A stretch of 64,000 nt of DNA from an uncultured Eubacteriales bacterium (GCA_902778585.1 CACYYD010000002.1:141956-205955); one strand, 5' to 3'. Numbered from the stretch's first letter, positions 49,470 through 59,037 are shown. The notes: generated by a model not told the origin, from the sequence alone. A program made the numbers and translations.

Positions 49470-51011
49470 TTACTTCGCGAAGTCTGTTGCACGAGTCTCT
49501 CTGATGACATTGACCTTGATCTGACCAGGATATTCGAGCTCCTGCTCGATCTTCTTGGCGATCTCTCTTGCCAGCATAGGGACTTCTTCGTCCTTGACCT
49601 GATTAGGCTTGACTGCGACTCTGATCTCGCGGCCTGCCTGGATGGCGTAGGACTTTTCGACGCCCTTTGTTGTATTGGCAATGTTCTCGAGGTTCTCAAG
49701 TCTCTTGATGTACGACTCAAGGGTCTCTCTTCTTGCTCCCGGTCTTGCGGCCGAAAGAGCGTCGGCAGCTGCTACCAGCATGGCTTCAAGTGTTGTAGGT
49801 TCAACATCGCCGTGGTGAGCTTCTACCGCATTGATGACCTTCCAGGATTCCTTGTACTTCTTGCAGATGTTTACGCCGATCTCGACATGTGTACCCTCTA
49901 CCTCGTGGTCGATGGCCTTGCCGATATCGTGCAGGAGTCCTCCGCGTCTTGCCAGCCTTGGGTCAAGACCGAGCTCTTCTGCCATCATTCCCGCAAGAGT
50001 CGCAACTTCGATGGAATGCTGCAGAACATTCTGTCCGTAAGATGTTCTGTACTTGAGTCTTCCGATAAGTCTTACCATCTCAGGGTTGAGGTTGTGCACG
50101 CCTGTCTCGAAGCATGCTCTCTCTCCTTCTTCCTTGATGATGGTGTTGACCTCTTTTGTGGCCTTCTGGACCATCTCTTCGATCCTTGCCGGATGGATCC
50201 TTCCGTCAACGATCAGCTTCTCAAGAGCGATCCTTGCGATCTCTCTTCTTACCGGGTCGAATCCCGAGAGTATTACTGCCTCAGGTGTATCATCTATGAT
50301 GAGGTCTACGCCTGTCAGAGTCTCGATGGCTCTGATGTTGCGGCCCTCACGGCCGATGATGCGGCCCTTCATGTCGTCATTAGGAAGGCTGACTACCGAG
50401 ACCGTGGTCTCTGTGACCTGATCAGACGCGTATCTCTGGATAGCGGTCGTGATGATCTCTCTTGCCTTCTTGTCGGCTTCTTCCTTGGCTTCGCTCTCGA
50501 CCTTTACGATCATGTCCGAAGCCTCTTTGCGGATCTCTGTCTCAAGCTCCTGCAGAAGCAGATGCTTGGCCTCTTCCCTTGTGTATCCGGAGATCCTTTC
50601 GAGCTCTTCTACCTGCTTTGCGATGTAGGCGTCGATCTCTTTGTGCTTTTCGTTCATCGACTGCTCTCTCTTGGTGAGACCGTTTTCTCTCTTCTCGATG
50701 CTCTCGAGCTTGCGGTCGATGTTCTCTTCTTTCTGCTGGATCCTTCTCTCGGCCTTCGAAACTTCGTTTCTTCTGACCTTCAGTTCAGCTTCATTTTCAT
50801 CTCTCAGCTTGTGTATTTCCTCTTTTGCCTCAAGTACTTTTTCCTTCTTGAGGTTCTCGACAGTATTCTGTGCGTCCAGGATCATGTTCCTGGCCTGCTG
50901 CTCTGCGCTGCCAATAGCCTTCTCTCCGAAGTTCTTGCGCAGCACATATCCCATAGCTATACCGACGATAAGGACTACAATGCTGATCACAACAGTTAAA
51001 ACCGGTGACAT
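49470..51011 (-). CDS. rny: Ribonuclease Y
   Basis: N-terminal TM helix, coiled-coil, KH domain ([13 protein letters not shown]) and HD domain (LLHDIGKA). ATG at 51011 lies 5 nt after AAGGAGG. The ORF-track GTG at 51017 overlaps the SD. Confidence 0.9.
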   Translation of the reverse strand: MSPVLTVVISIVVLIVGIAMGYVLRKNFGEKAIGSAEQQARNMILDAQNTVENLKKEKVLEAKEEIHKLRDENEAELKVRRNEVSKAERRIQQKEENIDRKLESIEKRENGLTKREQSMNEKHKEIDAYIAKQVEELERISGYTREEAKHLLLQELETEIRKEASDMIVKVESEAKEEADKKAREIITTAIQRYASDQVTETTVSVVSLPNDDMKGRIIGREGRNIRAIETLTGVDLIIDDTPEAVILSGFDPVRREIARIALEKLIVDGRIHPARIEEMVQKATKEVNTIIKEEGERACFETGVHNLNPEMVRLIGRLKYRTSYGQNVLQHSIEVATLAGMMAEELGLDPRLARRGGLLHDIGKAIDHEVEGTHVEIGVNICKKYKESWKVINAVEAHHGDVEPTTLEAMLVAAADALSAARPGARRETLESYIKRLENLENIANTTKGVEKSYAIQAGREIRVAVKPNQVKDEEVPMLAREIAKKIEQELEYPGQIKVNVIRETRATDFAK

Positions 51012-51180
51012 AAGCACCTCCTTATCAATTATTTGGTTTTGTAAATATATACATTATCTTCACCATACATCATCTTGGGCTGTATTCTGCTGCCCGCCAC
51101 GATATATATGGTGCGAGATTGCATAAACATACGTGAATATTATACAGATGGACTTGTTTCCAGTCAATAATTATGCATCA

Positions 51181-51228
51181 AAACCGAAAATGACGGCAAA
51201 CCCGCATTTTCAGTGGCTTGCCGTCATC
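51181..51228 (-). terminator. Putative terminator downstream of the Mur ligase gene
   Basis: Minus strand ATGACGGCAA...TTGCCGTCAT (10-bp stem, large loop) followed by TTTCGGTTTTG. Confidence 0.45.
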
Positions 51229-51233
51229 CTATT

Positions 51234-52904
51234 TTATTTCATGAATTCCATTACGACATCGGCATCAGACGGTGTGTCGATGTACTTTATGCCGCGTTTT
51301 TCACGTGTCTCGCGGCCCTTTCCGGGCAGGAAGAGTATCGTATCATCGTCCATAAGGCTTATCGCCTTTTTGATGGCCTCCACCCTGTCCGTGATGATCT
51401 CGCAGCTTCCGCCTGCCGCCTTTACAAATCCGGCTATCTCGCTGCAGATCTTGTTCACATCCTCTTCTCCGTAATCCTCTTCTGTGATTATGGAGTATGA
51501 GCAGTGCTGTCCCGCGATCGTGCCGAGCTCTTCACGTCTTGCAAAAGCCTTGCCGCCCGGGCAGCCGAAGACGATGAGCATCTTCTTTCCCGGGAACTCA
51601 TCCTTTATCGTCTCAAAGAACTTCTCGTAACTGAGCTTGTTGTGGGCGTAGTCGACTATGGCTATGCGCTTTCCGTCTTCGCTGTAGAAGACTTCCATTC
51701 GTCCCGGTGACTTCGCCTTTGCGAGCCCGCTCTTCACATATTCCATCGGTACCCCTGTAAGAGCCGACAGCGATATGGCTGCAAGAGCGTTCTCAATATT
51801 GATGGTGCCGAACGTGCCGAGGGCGAACTCCTCATCGAAATCAGGATATCCTTCGATGGATCTTCCCCTAGCCCTGAATGTGACCTTGCCTTCTTTTGAG
51901 CGCACATCATAGCCATATACATCGGCGCTCTCATCGTTCTGACTGAAGCTTATGACATACGGGCAGTCAGCCGATGCGGCTTTTATGCGTTCCTGCTCAT
52001 CGCAGTCGAGGTTTATGCAGGCTTTGCGGCAGTGTCCGAAAAGTCTGAGCTTGGCCTCAAGATAGTCATTGAAGTCAGGATGCTCTATAGCACTTATGTG
52101 GTCGCTTCCGATATTAAGGAATGCGCCGGCTTCGAATGTGACTCCCGTGACCCTGTCATACTTGAGAGCCTGGCTGGACACCTCCATCGTCATATGGCTT
52201 ATGCCGCTGTTGAGGGCATTATCCATATGCATATAGAGCTCCATGATCTCAGGAGTCGTGAGATGCGACTCCTCTTCTATCACGCCGTCATAATTGTCTA
52301 TGCCGGAGCATATCGCGCTTCTTCTGCCGCCTGATGCTGCCATCCAGTCATCGAGGATATATCTCATGAAGTAAGCCGTAGTGGACTTCCCTTTGGTCCC
52401 CGTGATACCTATCATGCAGAGATCGTCAGAGAGTTTTCCGTAGAAGGTCTCCGCTATGACCGGCATCGCCTTTCTGATGTCCCTTACGTATATCCCGAGG
52501 CACGGCCAGTGAGCCGAGTTCTTTATACCCGCAGCAGCCGCAGCTTCCTCTTCGCTTCCGACCAGGCTGCAGCTTACGGCCTCAGAGGCATCAGGGTCTT
52601 CCCGCACGAAGCATACCGCGCCCTTTGCAACAGCGTCCTCAAGATACTGCTCTTTGAAATGTGCGCCCTTGCACACGAAGAGCGATCCCTCTCCCGCTTC
52701 GAGTGAATTGTAGGTGACACCGCTGACCGCTCTGCCTGCGGCTTCCTTGAGCTCCGCATCTGAATACAGAGCCATCAGAGCGGCACAGGACTGCTGTCCG
52801 TCTATAGTGGTGAGCAGCCCTTCCATTCCGAGAGCATCGATAAAATCCTGTATGGTAACTGTCTTCTTCATCTGTAACTTCTTTCTGAATAGCTTATTTT
52901 GCAT
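51234..52904 (-). CDS. Mur ligase family protein, MurE-like (amino-acid specificity unclear)
   Basis: MurE-type N-terminal domain, P-loop IGITGTKGKSTT, and C-terminal GKGRE. The position of the DNPR/DNPA specificity motif reads EDYG (ITEEDYGEED). The start is uncertain: 52904 or 52871. Confidence 0.75.
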   Translation of the reverse strand: MQNKLFRKKLQMKKTVTIQDFIDALGMEGLLTTIDGQQSCAALMALYSDAELKEAAGRAVSGVTYNSLEAGEGSLFVCKGAHFKEQYLEDAVAKGAVCFVREDPDASEAVSCSLVGSEEEAAAAAGIKNSAHWPCLGIYVRDIRKAMPVIAETFYGKLSDDLCMIGITGTKGKSTTAYFMRYILDDWMAASGGRRSAICSGIDNYDGVIEEESHLTTPEIMELYMHMDNALNSGISHMTMEVSSQALKYDRVTGVTFEAGAFLNIGSDHISAIEHPDFNDYLEAKLRLFGHCRKACINLDCDEQERIKAASADCPYVISFSQNDESADVYGYDVRSKEGKVTFRARGRSIEGYPDFDEEFALGTFGTINIENALAAISLSALTGVPMEYVKSGLAKAKSPGRMEVFYSEDGKRIAIVDYAHNKLSYEKFFETIKDEFPGKKMLIVFGCPGGKAFARREELGTIAGQHCSYSIITEEDYGEEDVNKICSEIAGFVKAAGGSCEIITDRVEAIKKAISLMDDDTILFLPGKGRETREKRGIKYIDTPSDADVVMEFMK

Positions 52905-52911
52905 TCCGGCT

Positions 52912-53598
52912 TCAGTCGCCGAAATAACCTTCGTTCTTCATGCTGGTAAAACTGCCGTTTCCAACGATGACGTGATCGATGAGCCTTATCCCGAGTATCT
53001 CCGACGCTTTAATAAGCCTTCTGGTGACCTCTATATCCTGCGGACTCGGAGAAGGATCGCCGCTCGGGTGATTATGGGCGACCACCACAGCCGCAGCTCC
53101 ACGCCTTATCGCCGGACCGAAGACTTCTCTCGGATGCACCGGCGCGCTGTCGATGCTGCCTATCGATATCACGGACTTGGATTCGACCTGCATCTTTGTA
53201 TTGAGGTTGAGAGTCATGAAGAACTCTCTCTTCTCGCTCATCATCTCCTGTGCAAGAAGATCGGCGACCTGCCTGCTGTCTCTTATACGCTGCTTCTGTG
53301 AGCCGCAGCGGCCCGATACGAGCCTTTTTGACAGCTCCATGGCTGCTACTATCGAGCAGGCCTTGGCATTGCCTATGCCGTCTATTTCCGTAAGTTCCCT
53401 TACCTCGGCAGTTCCGAGATCTCCGCCCGTATCATAAACGTATGAGATAACGTCCTCGGCAAGCCTCACGGCCGATTTTTCTTCGGTCCCGGTCCTGATT
53501 ATCAGGGCCAGGAGTTCGGCATTGCTGAGTCCGCCTGCTCCCGCATAGAGCAGTTTCTCCTGCGGCCTTTCGGATTCAGGCATTTTCTTTATCTGCAT
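52912..53598 (-). CDS. radC: RadC-like JAMM/MPN domain protein (UPF0758)
   Basis: ERPQEKLLYAGAGGLSNAELLALIIRTG (HhH) and the JAMM motif AAAVVVAHNHPSGDPSPSPQD. ATG at 53598 follows GGAAGGGAG. Confidence 0.85.
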   Translation of the reverse strand: MQIKKMPESERPQEKLLYAGAGGLSNAELLALIIRTGTEEKSAVRLAEDVISYVYDTGGDLGTAEVRELTEIDGIGNAKACSIVAAMELSKRLVSGRCGSQKQRIRDSRQVADLLAQEMMSEKREFFMTLNLNTKMQVESKSVISIGSIDSAPVHPREVFGPAIRRGAAAVVVAHNHPSGDPSPSPQDIEVTRRLIKASEILGIRLIDHVIVGNGSFTSMKNEGYFGD

Positions 53599-53704
53599 AT
53601 TTACTCCCTTCCGGAGCACACACGCATATATAATATCATCTTAAGAGCCGTGCCCACAAGGACACGGCTGCACGATTTTAAGCCTATTGTGACCTATTTT
53701 TGCC

Positions 53705-54367
53705 TCAGACGGCACGGCCGGTCTTTTCCGTGATTATGTCAGCTACGGCATCGATGTTCTCTTCGATCGTCATGTCTGATGTATCGAGATATACAGCATC
53801 TTCAGCCTGTCTCAGAGGGCTCACCTCGCGGTGTGAATCCTGATAATCCCTCTGCTGTATCTCATTGAAGATCTTGTCGTAGTCTGCTTCCTTGCCCGCT
53901 TCTCTGAGCTGGTCATAGCGCCTCTTAGCGCGCACCTCAGGAGCAGCCGTCATAAAGATCTTTACTTCTGCGTCAGGAATGACCGTGGAGCCTATGTCCC
54001 TGCCTTCCATCACGACATCCTTTGTCGATGCCAGGAATCTGCTCACCTCATCTACCTTCGCTCTTACGATGGCAAGCTTTGAGATGTTGGATGCGGCCAT
54101 TGAGATCTCATTCGTCCTGATGAGTCCGCTTACGTCCTCACCGTCGAGCATGGTCTTTCCGCCGGCAAAATCGATGACTGTCTCATCGAGCATTGCCTTT
54201 ACCGCGTTCTCGTCTTCTGCCGGAACGCCGTTTCTGAGCGCCTTAAGTCCGAGCGCCCTGTACATCGCTCCTGTGTCTATGTATTCAAGACCGAAGCGTG
54301 ACGCCACAGCCTTTGCTATTGTGCTTTTACCGGTCCCTCCCGGTCCGTCGATCGCTACTCTGAGCAT
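53705..54367 (-). CDS. cmk: Cytidylate kinase
   Basis: VAIDGPGGTGKSTIAKAVASRFGLEYIDTGAMYRA. ATG at 54367 follows GGAGGAA. The ORF-track start at 54421 overlaps nrdR. Confidence 0.9.
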   Translation of the reverse strand: MLRVAIDGPGGTGKSTIAKAVASRFGLEYIDTGAMYRALGLKALRNGVPAEDENAVKAMLDETVIDFAGGKTMLDGEDVSGLIRTNEISMAASNISKLAIVRAKVDEVSRFLASTKDVVMEGRDIGSTVIPDAEVKIFMTAAPEVRAKRRYDQLREAGKEADYDKIFNEIQQRDYQDSHREVSPLRQAEDAVYLDTSDMTIEENIDAVADIITEKTGRAV

Positions 54368-54386
54368 CGTTCCTCCAATCGCTGTA

Positions 54387-54845
54387 TTACTTTTTGTGTT
54401 TGTTGAGCTTATTGATCTCATCGATAAATGTGTCGATAGTCTGGAACTCTCTGTATACAGAGGCGAACCTTACGTATGCGACCTGATCGATTGCCTTCAG
54501 CTCTTCCATGATCAGAAGACCGATGTTTGTCGACTGGATCTCCTTCTCCATGGTGTTGGAGAGTCCTCTTTCGATATTGTCGGCAATTCTCTGGACATCT
54601 TCGTATGTGACCTTGGTCTTCTGGCAGGCCTTCATGATACCGTTGATGATCTTGTTCTTGTCGAAGCTCTCGCGAGTACCGTCCTTCTTCACAACTACGA
54701 GCAGCGAATTCTCTATCTTCTCGAAAGTGGTGAATCTCTTGTGGCACTTGGTGCACTCACGTCTTCTTCTGGTTGCAAGACCATCCTCTACCGGTCTTGA
54801 GTCGACTACTTTTGTGTCCTCATAATTGCAATATGGACATTTCAT
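54387..54845 (-). CDS. nrdR: Transcriptional repressor NrdR
   Basis: MKCPYCNYEDTKVVDSR...RRRECTKCHKRFTTFE zinc ribbon plus ATP-cone. ATG at 54845 follows GGAGGGA. The ORF-track start at 54938 lies in the promoter region. Confidence 0.9.
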   Translation of the reverse strand: MKCPYCNYEDTKVVDSRPVEDGLATRRRRECTKCHKRFTTFEKIENSLLVVVKKDGTRESFDKNKIINGIMKACQKTKVTYEDVQRIADNIERGLSNTMEKEIQSTNIGLLIMEELKAIDQVAYVRFASVYREFQTIDTFIDEINKLNKHKK

Positions 54846-54896
54846 TTCTGTATCCCTCCATAACAGCCGGATATCCGTGTTTTCCAATACGTTGAC

Positions 54897-54936
54897 ATTA
54901 TCAACGCAAAAAGATGTTATCACAATATCTTGTGGC
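54897..54936 (-). promoter_or_regulatory. Putative nrdR promoter overlapped by an NrdR-box-like palindrome
   Basis: Minus strand -35 TTGTGA (54920-54925), 17-nt spacer, -10 GATAAT (54897-54902). The imperfect palindrome tCACAATATCTTGTGg (54920-54935) matches the NrdR box consensus acaCwAtATaTwGtgt at about 13 of 16 positions. Confidence 0.4.
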
Positions 54937-55153
54937 AATTCAAGGAAGGACAGTCTTTATGATGTTTCCCTTAACAGAAATTGAGTTTTATAAGTGGTTT
55001 ACATTGTGTTAAAAAAAATACAATTGTGAAGATAACCTTCACATTAGCCATATTTAACCAACACAATGGTGTGATAAATTTAACCTGCCGGAGAGATCCG
55101 GTGGTAAACCTTTTTCTTTTGATTGTTCTTTCTTAGTTAGATATTTTCGCAAC

Positions 55154-55184
55154 AGAAAACTCCGGCAATCCGGCCGGAGTTTTC
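55154..55184 (-). terminator. Rho-independent terminator of the infC-rpmI-rplT operon
   Basis: Minus strand AAAACTCCGGC-cggatt-GCCGGAGTTTT followed by CTGTT. Confidence 0.7.
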
Positions 55185-55186
55185 AT

Positions 55187-55372
55187 TTATTCATCTTTGT
55201 CTGCATTTACTGTATCATCCGCCTGCGCGGCTGCTGCTTTCTTTCTTGCCTCTGCCCTCTGTCTTATGAGTCTGGCATTCTTGTCAGTAAGATACCACCA
55301 TGCGACAGCGCATACGGCAACGAAAACCGCAGCTATGAATATTACGCCTATGTGGCTGATGAAGTATTCCAT
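55187..55372 (-). CDS. Hypothetical small membrane protein (61 aa) translationally coupled to rplT
   Basis: The ATG overlaps the rplT stop (TAATG). One TM helix (HIGVIFIAAVFVAVCAVAWWYL) is followed by a basic/Ala-rich tail. It ends just before the operon terminator. Confidence 0.45.
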   Translation of the reverse strand: MEYFISHIGVIFIAAVFVAVCAVAWWYLTDKNARLIRQRAEARKKAAAAQADDTVNADKDE

Positions 55373-55725
55373 TAGCAGTACTTCTTAGCTGTCTCGCAGA
55401 GATCTGCAAAACCTGCTGCATCGTAGATAGCCATCTCAGACAGCATCTTACGGTTGATCTCGATACCGGACTTCTTGAGACCGTTCATCAGCTTGCTGTA
55501 CGAAAGACCGTTTGCTCTCGAAGCTGCGTTGATTCTAGCGATCCAAAGTCTTCTGTATTCTCTCTTCTTGTTCTTGCGGCCTACATATGCCGATCTCAGG
55601 CTTCTCATAACTGCAGGGTTGGCAGCTCTGAATGTGTTCTTTCTTCTGCCGTAGAATCCCTTAGCCTGCTTCAGAATCTTTTTATGTCTCTTATGAGCGT
55701 TTACGCCCTTCTTAACTCTTGCCAT
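55372..55725 (-). CDS. rplT: 50S ribosomal protein L20
   Basis: [30 protein letters not shown]... Confidence 0.95.
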   Translation of the reverse strand: MARVKKGVNAHKRHKKILKQAKGFYGRRKNTFRAANPAVMRSLRSAYVGRKNKKREYRRLWIARINAASRANGLSYSKLMNGLKKSGIEINRKMLSEMAIYDAAGFADLCETAKKYC

Positions 55726-55743
55726 TTGTTACACCTCCCCCGA

Positions 55744-55944
55744 TTATTTAGCCATTGATCTCAGCATACGCTTCAGATCTGCACTTGTAAGAGTAGTAGC
55801 CTTTCTGAGGCCTCTCTTTCTCTTTGCAGTCTTCTTGGTCAGGATGTGGCTCTTGTAAGCCTTGTTTCTCTTGACCTTGCCGGAGCCTGTAACATGCAGA
55901 CGCTTCATTGCGCCTCTGTGCGACTTCATTTTGTTCTTAGCCAT
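55744..55944 (-). CDS. rpmI: 50S ribosomal protein L35
   Basis: [38 protein letters not shown]. Confidence 0.95.
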   Translation of the reverse strand: MAKNKMKSHRGAMKRLHVTGSGKVKRNKAYKSHILTKKTAKRKRGLRKATTLTSADLKRMLRSMAK

Positions 55945-55971
55945 TGTGGGTTAACCTCCTGTATCGTGATC

Positions 55972-56508
55972 TTATTTTTTGTCCTTTTTCGGCGCAAGGA
56001 ACATGTTCATCCTGCGGCCTTCCATCTTTGGTTCCTTTTCGATGACTCCGTACTCGGAAACCATTTCTGCGAATTTCTTCATTGCGTCGAATCCCAGCTG
56101 TGTGTAGTCGCGCTCTCTTCCGCGGAACCTGAGCGATACCTTTACCTTATCGCCGTCCTGTAGGAACTTGCTTGCAGCCTTTGCCTTGACTTCTACGTCG
56201 TGGTCTTCGATCGATGCGCTCAGCCTGATCTCCTTGATCTCGGTCACATGCTGATTCTTCTTCGCGTTCTTCTCTTTCTTCTGCTGCTCGTAGCGGTACT
56301 TCCCGTAGTCGAGGATCTTGCATACCGGCGGATCAGCATTAGGAGAGATGTTTACGAGATCGAGGTCTGCCTCTTCTGCAAGTGCAAGTGCTTCGTCTAT
56401 GCTGACGATGCCGCGCATCTCGCCGTTCTCGTCTATCAGACGGACCTCATCGGCCCTTATCTCATCATTGATCTGAGTCTGATTCTTTTTATTGTCTCTG
56501 GCGCTAAT
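55972..56508 (-). CDS. infC: Translation initiation factor IF-3 (ATT start codon)
   Basis: INDEIRADEVRLIDENGEMRGIV...CKILDYGKYRYEQQKK. There is no in-frame ATG near the expected N-terminus. ATT at 56508 lies 7 nt after GAGGAA, consistent with the non-canonical start typical of infC. The ORF-track start at 56709 would run through the promoter and leader. Confidence 0.9.
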   Translation of the reverse strand: MSARDNKKNQTQINDEIRADEVRLIDENGEMRGIVSIDEALALAEEADLDLVNISPNADPPVCKILDYGKYRYEQQKKEKNAKKNQHVTEIKEIRLSASIEDHDVEVKAKAASKFLQDGDKVKVSLRFRGRERDYTQLGFDAMKKFAEMVSEYGVIEKEPKMEGRRMNMFLAPKKDKK

Positions 56509-56514
56509 GGTTGT

Positions 56515-56672
56515 ATTCCTCTCTTTCTGATTTGCCACCCGTAGACCTTTTCGCATGTCCGCATAAAAAATCGCGGACGCACAAGCATCCGCGATAAGAC
56601 TTTTCTGAATCTTATGTGGCCCTACCAACGCTAGTCTGTAAGGCGAGAAGCGGATAACTTCTGCTTTGACCT
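56515..56672 (-). promoter_or_regulatory. L20 leader (ribosomal protein L20-responsive attenuator) upstream of infC
   Basis: Roughly 160-nt leader after a consensus promoter. It contains an intrinsic terminator ATCGCGGA-tgcttgtgcg-TCCGCGAT plus TTTTTT (56564-56595) ahead of the infC RBS, as in the Bacillus infC-rpmI-rplT operon. Confidence 0.65.
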
Positions 56673-56677
56673 CACCT

Positions 56678-56706
56678 ATTATATGCACGCCGGTATGGAA
56701 TGTCAA
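56678..56706 (-). promoter_or_regulatory. infC operon promoter (consensus TTGACA-17 nt-TATAAT)
   Basis: -35 at 56701-56706 and -10 at 56678-56683 on the minus strand. Confidence 0.7.
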
Positions 56707-56731
56707 CACTTATTTGTGTTAAAATCTCCGC

Positions 56732-57316
56732 ATGGAAAAGACTAAAGTAATACTCGCATCCGCCTCACCGAGGCGTCTTGAAATAATGCATAAGCATGGC
56801 ATAGATCCCGTTGTCATGCCCCAGGATACTGATGAGTCCCTGCCGGACGGCATCGGCATGAACGAAGCCGTAGAGATGCTCGCCGCTGCCAAGGCACGTG
56901 CCTGCTATTCCGCCGTAAAGGACGACCCTGAATATGACGGATCCATTATAGTCGGCTCGGATACCATAGTCTGGAAGGACGAGATAATGGGAAAGCCGGC
57001 CGATAAGGACGACGCATTCCGCATGCTCGATAAGATCCGCGGCACTCACCACTATGTCGTTACCGGGGTCTGCCTTATCGACAAAGACACGGGCTCTGAG
57101 ACTGTACTGAGCGATGTGACCACGGTATACTGCAAGAACTACTCCGATGAGGAAATCGAAGACTACATCTCGCGCGAGGAGCCGTACGACAAGGCAGGTT
57201 CATATGCCATCCAGGGCTACTTCGGCCGCTATATAGATCATATAGACGGCGATTACGAGAATGTGGTCGGACTTCCGTTCCACCGCATAGCCTCTGCCCT
57301 TGAGCCATATATCTGA
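56732..57316 (+). CDS. maf: Maf-like nucleoside triphosphate pyrophosphatase (septum formation protein)
   Basis: VILASASPRRLEIM...GSDTIV...KAGSYAIQG motifs. 194 aa. Confidence 0.9.
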   Translation: MEKTKVILASASPRRLEIMHKHGIDPVVMPQDTDESLPDGIGMNEAVEMLAAAKARACYSAVKDDPEYDGSIIVGSDTIVWKDEIMGKPADKDDAFRMLDKIRGTHHYVVTGVCLIDKDTGSETVLSDVTTVYCKNYSDEEIEDYISREEPYDKAGSYAIQGYFGRYIDHIDGDYENVVGLPFHRIASALEPYI

Positions 57317-57332
57317 CCCGGCGGGCGGCAGC

Positions 57333-58889
57333 CTATTCGCTTAAAGACTCTGTGGTCCCGTTGAAGCGAAGACCGAGCATCGTGATATCATCAAACTGAG
57401 GAGCATCCCTGACAAAGTCATCGATGCTCTTTCTTAAATTTCTGTCGATCTCTACGAGGCTTGAGCGGTCGCAGCCGTTAAGCGCATCGAGCATCCTTTC
57501 TGATCCGAAAAGCTGTCTGGAGCTGTTTGTAGCCTCTGTGACACCGTCCGTATAGATGAACACTATGTCTCCGGGCTCCAGATCTCTCTCATTGGTATGG
57601 AACGTAAGGTTCTCCATGCTTCCGAGAGGCGGAGAATTCCTGTCTCTGAATATCTCAAAATTCCCCTCGCGTCTGCACATCGCAGGATATTCATGGCCTG
57701 CACTTGCGAAAGCCAGATGGCCCGTCGACAGCTCAAGTATACCGAGCCAGGCAGTAACGAAGTATTCCATTGTATTGCCTTCGCAGAGCTGGTTGTTGAC
57801 TATCTTCAGTATCCAGCCCGGATCTCTGAAGTGTGAGGTCCCTGTAGCCTGGTTCTTCAGTATAGTACGCGCCACCATCATGAACAGCGCTGCAGGCATG
57901 CCCTTGCCTGAAACATCTGCCACCACGAATGCCAGATGGTCATCATCCGTCATGAAGAAGTCATAGAAATCGCCGCCGACTTCCTTTGCCGGAGTCATCG
58001 TGGCATAGATGTCGAATTCTTTCCTCTCCGGCAGATACGGGAAGGTCCTCGGAAGGATGTTCTCCTGTATCGCAGCAGCTACCGAAAGATCACGGTCTGC
58101 AGCCGCCTTCTCCCTTCCCTGCGCCACATTGTGCACGCAGTACATGAGAAGGAGCAGTATCATGGTCAGCGCGGCCGTCACCGAGAGGCCGTATACCATC
58201 ACGGTGAAAAGCGCCGCAAGGATAGGCACACCGAGGAAAATAAACGAAGCTATTATCTGATAAAGCGCCAGCTGTTTGCGCTCTTTGATCACGACATAGG
58301 CTATGGCGATCATGACAAGCGCCACATAGAGCTTCGACACCGGGAAGAATGCGCCCCTCTTATAGATGTTGCCAGGTCCTATAGTGAAGTAGAAGCCTCC
58401 CACCATATTGAGCGCACGGACAATCACGGAGATTATGAGTCCGTACCGCACTGCCATATCCAGCTTTTTTTCAATAGGGTCCGTGAATTTTATGAGACTC
58501 GTTATGTACATCCAGAAAAGGCATACCGTTGCGGACTCGCACATATAGAACAATGTATTGTCCAGCAAGTTGAAGATCTCAAGACCCGGAGTGCCTTCCA
58601 CCAGCCATGTCGACGCGTCCGCGAACACATGGAGGAAGCATACATTGATCAGATACATTATGTACTTCATATCCGATCCGCCCTTCTGCACGTCTATCAG
58701 ACAGCACAGAAAAAGGACGAATCCCGTAAGCATGGCAAATATATCGATGCTTATATTTACAATATACATCGATGAGATCTTGCCGAGCCCCATACTGTAC
58801 ATGCCGTAAATGATCAGCATTATGCAGATCACATATACTATGCTGGCGATGATTATGCCTGCTTTTTCTTTCTTTCCTATCCCGTTCAT
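57333..58889 (-). CDS. Membrane-anchored PP2C/SpoIIE-family serine phosphatase
   Basis: An N-terminal region of about 260 aa with 8-9 predicted TM helices, then a PPM domain (AAIQENILP...GGDFYDFF...VADVSGKGMPAALFM...TDGVTEA). Confidence 0.8.
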   Translation of the reverse strand: MNGIGKKEKAGIIIASIVYVICIMLIIYGMYSMGLGKISSMYIVNISIDIFAMLTGFVLFLCCLIDVQKGGSDMKYIMYLINVCFLHVFADASTWLVEGTPGLEIFNLLDNTLFYMCESATVCLFWMYITSLIKFTDPIEKKLDMAVRYGLIISVIVRALNMVGGFYFTIGPGNIYKRGAFFPVSKLYVALVMIAIAYVVIKERKQLALYQIIASFIFLGVPILAALFTVMVYGLSVTAALTMILLLLMYCVHNVAQGREKAAADRDLSVAAAIQENILPRTFPYLPERKEFDIYATMTPAKEVGGDFYDFFMTDDDHLAFVVADVSGKGMPAALFMMVARTILKNQATGTSHFRDPGWILKIVNNQLCEGNTMEYFVTAWLGILELSTGHLAFASAGHEYPAMCRREGNFEIFRDRNSPPLGSMENLTFHTNERDLEPGDIVFIYTDGVTEATNSSRQLFGSERMLDALNGCDRSSLVEIDRNLRKSIDDFVRDAPQFDDITMLGLRFNGTTESLSE

Positions 58890-59002
58890 CTTTCCGCTCC
58901 TGAGAGGCAGTTTTTAATTATTATACTATAATAGCGGGCTGATGGGGTGCTCCCAAATGCCCGCCGTGTAACACCGCACAAAAATTGGTTGTGCGATGGG
59001 AT

Positions 59003-59031
59003 AAAACAGTCCGCCGGAGCGGACTGCTTTT
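59003..59031 (-). terminator. Rho-independent terminator downstream of lexA
   Basis: Minus strand AAAAGCAGTCCGC-tccg-GCGGACTGTTTT followed by ATCCC. The sequence is symmetric, so it could act bidirectionally. Confidence 0.7.
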
Positions 59032-59037
59032 AACGAA

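Noticed and set aside
54990-55080. Additional NrdR boxes (ACAATTGTG at ~55020 and ACACAATGGTGTG at ~55061) that would form the usual tandem arrangement
   Set aside because: The half-sites are present but the central spacing is wrong (4-nt instead of 8-nt cores). Neither lies about 31 bp from the good box. This AT-rich spacer could give such matches by chance.
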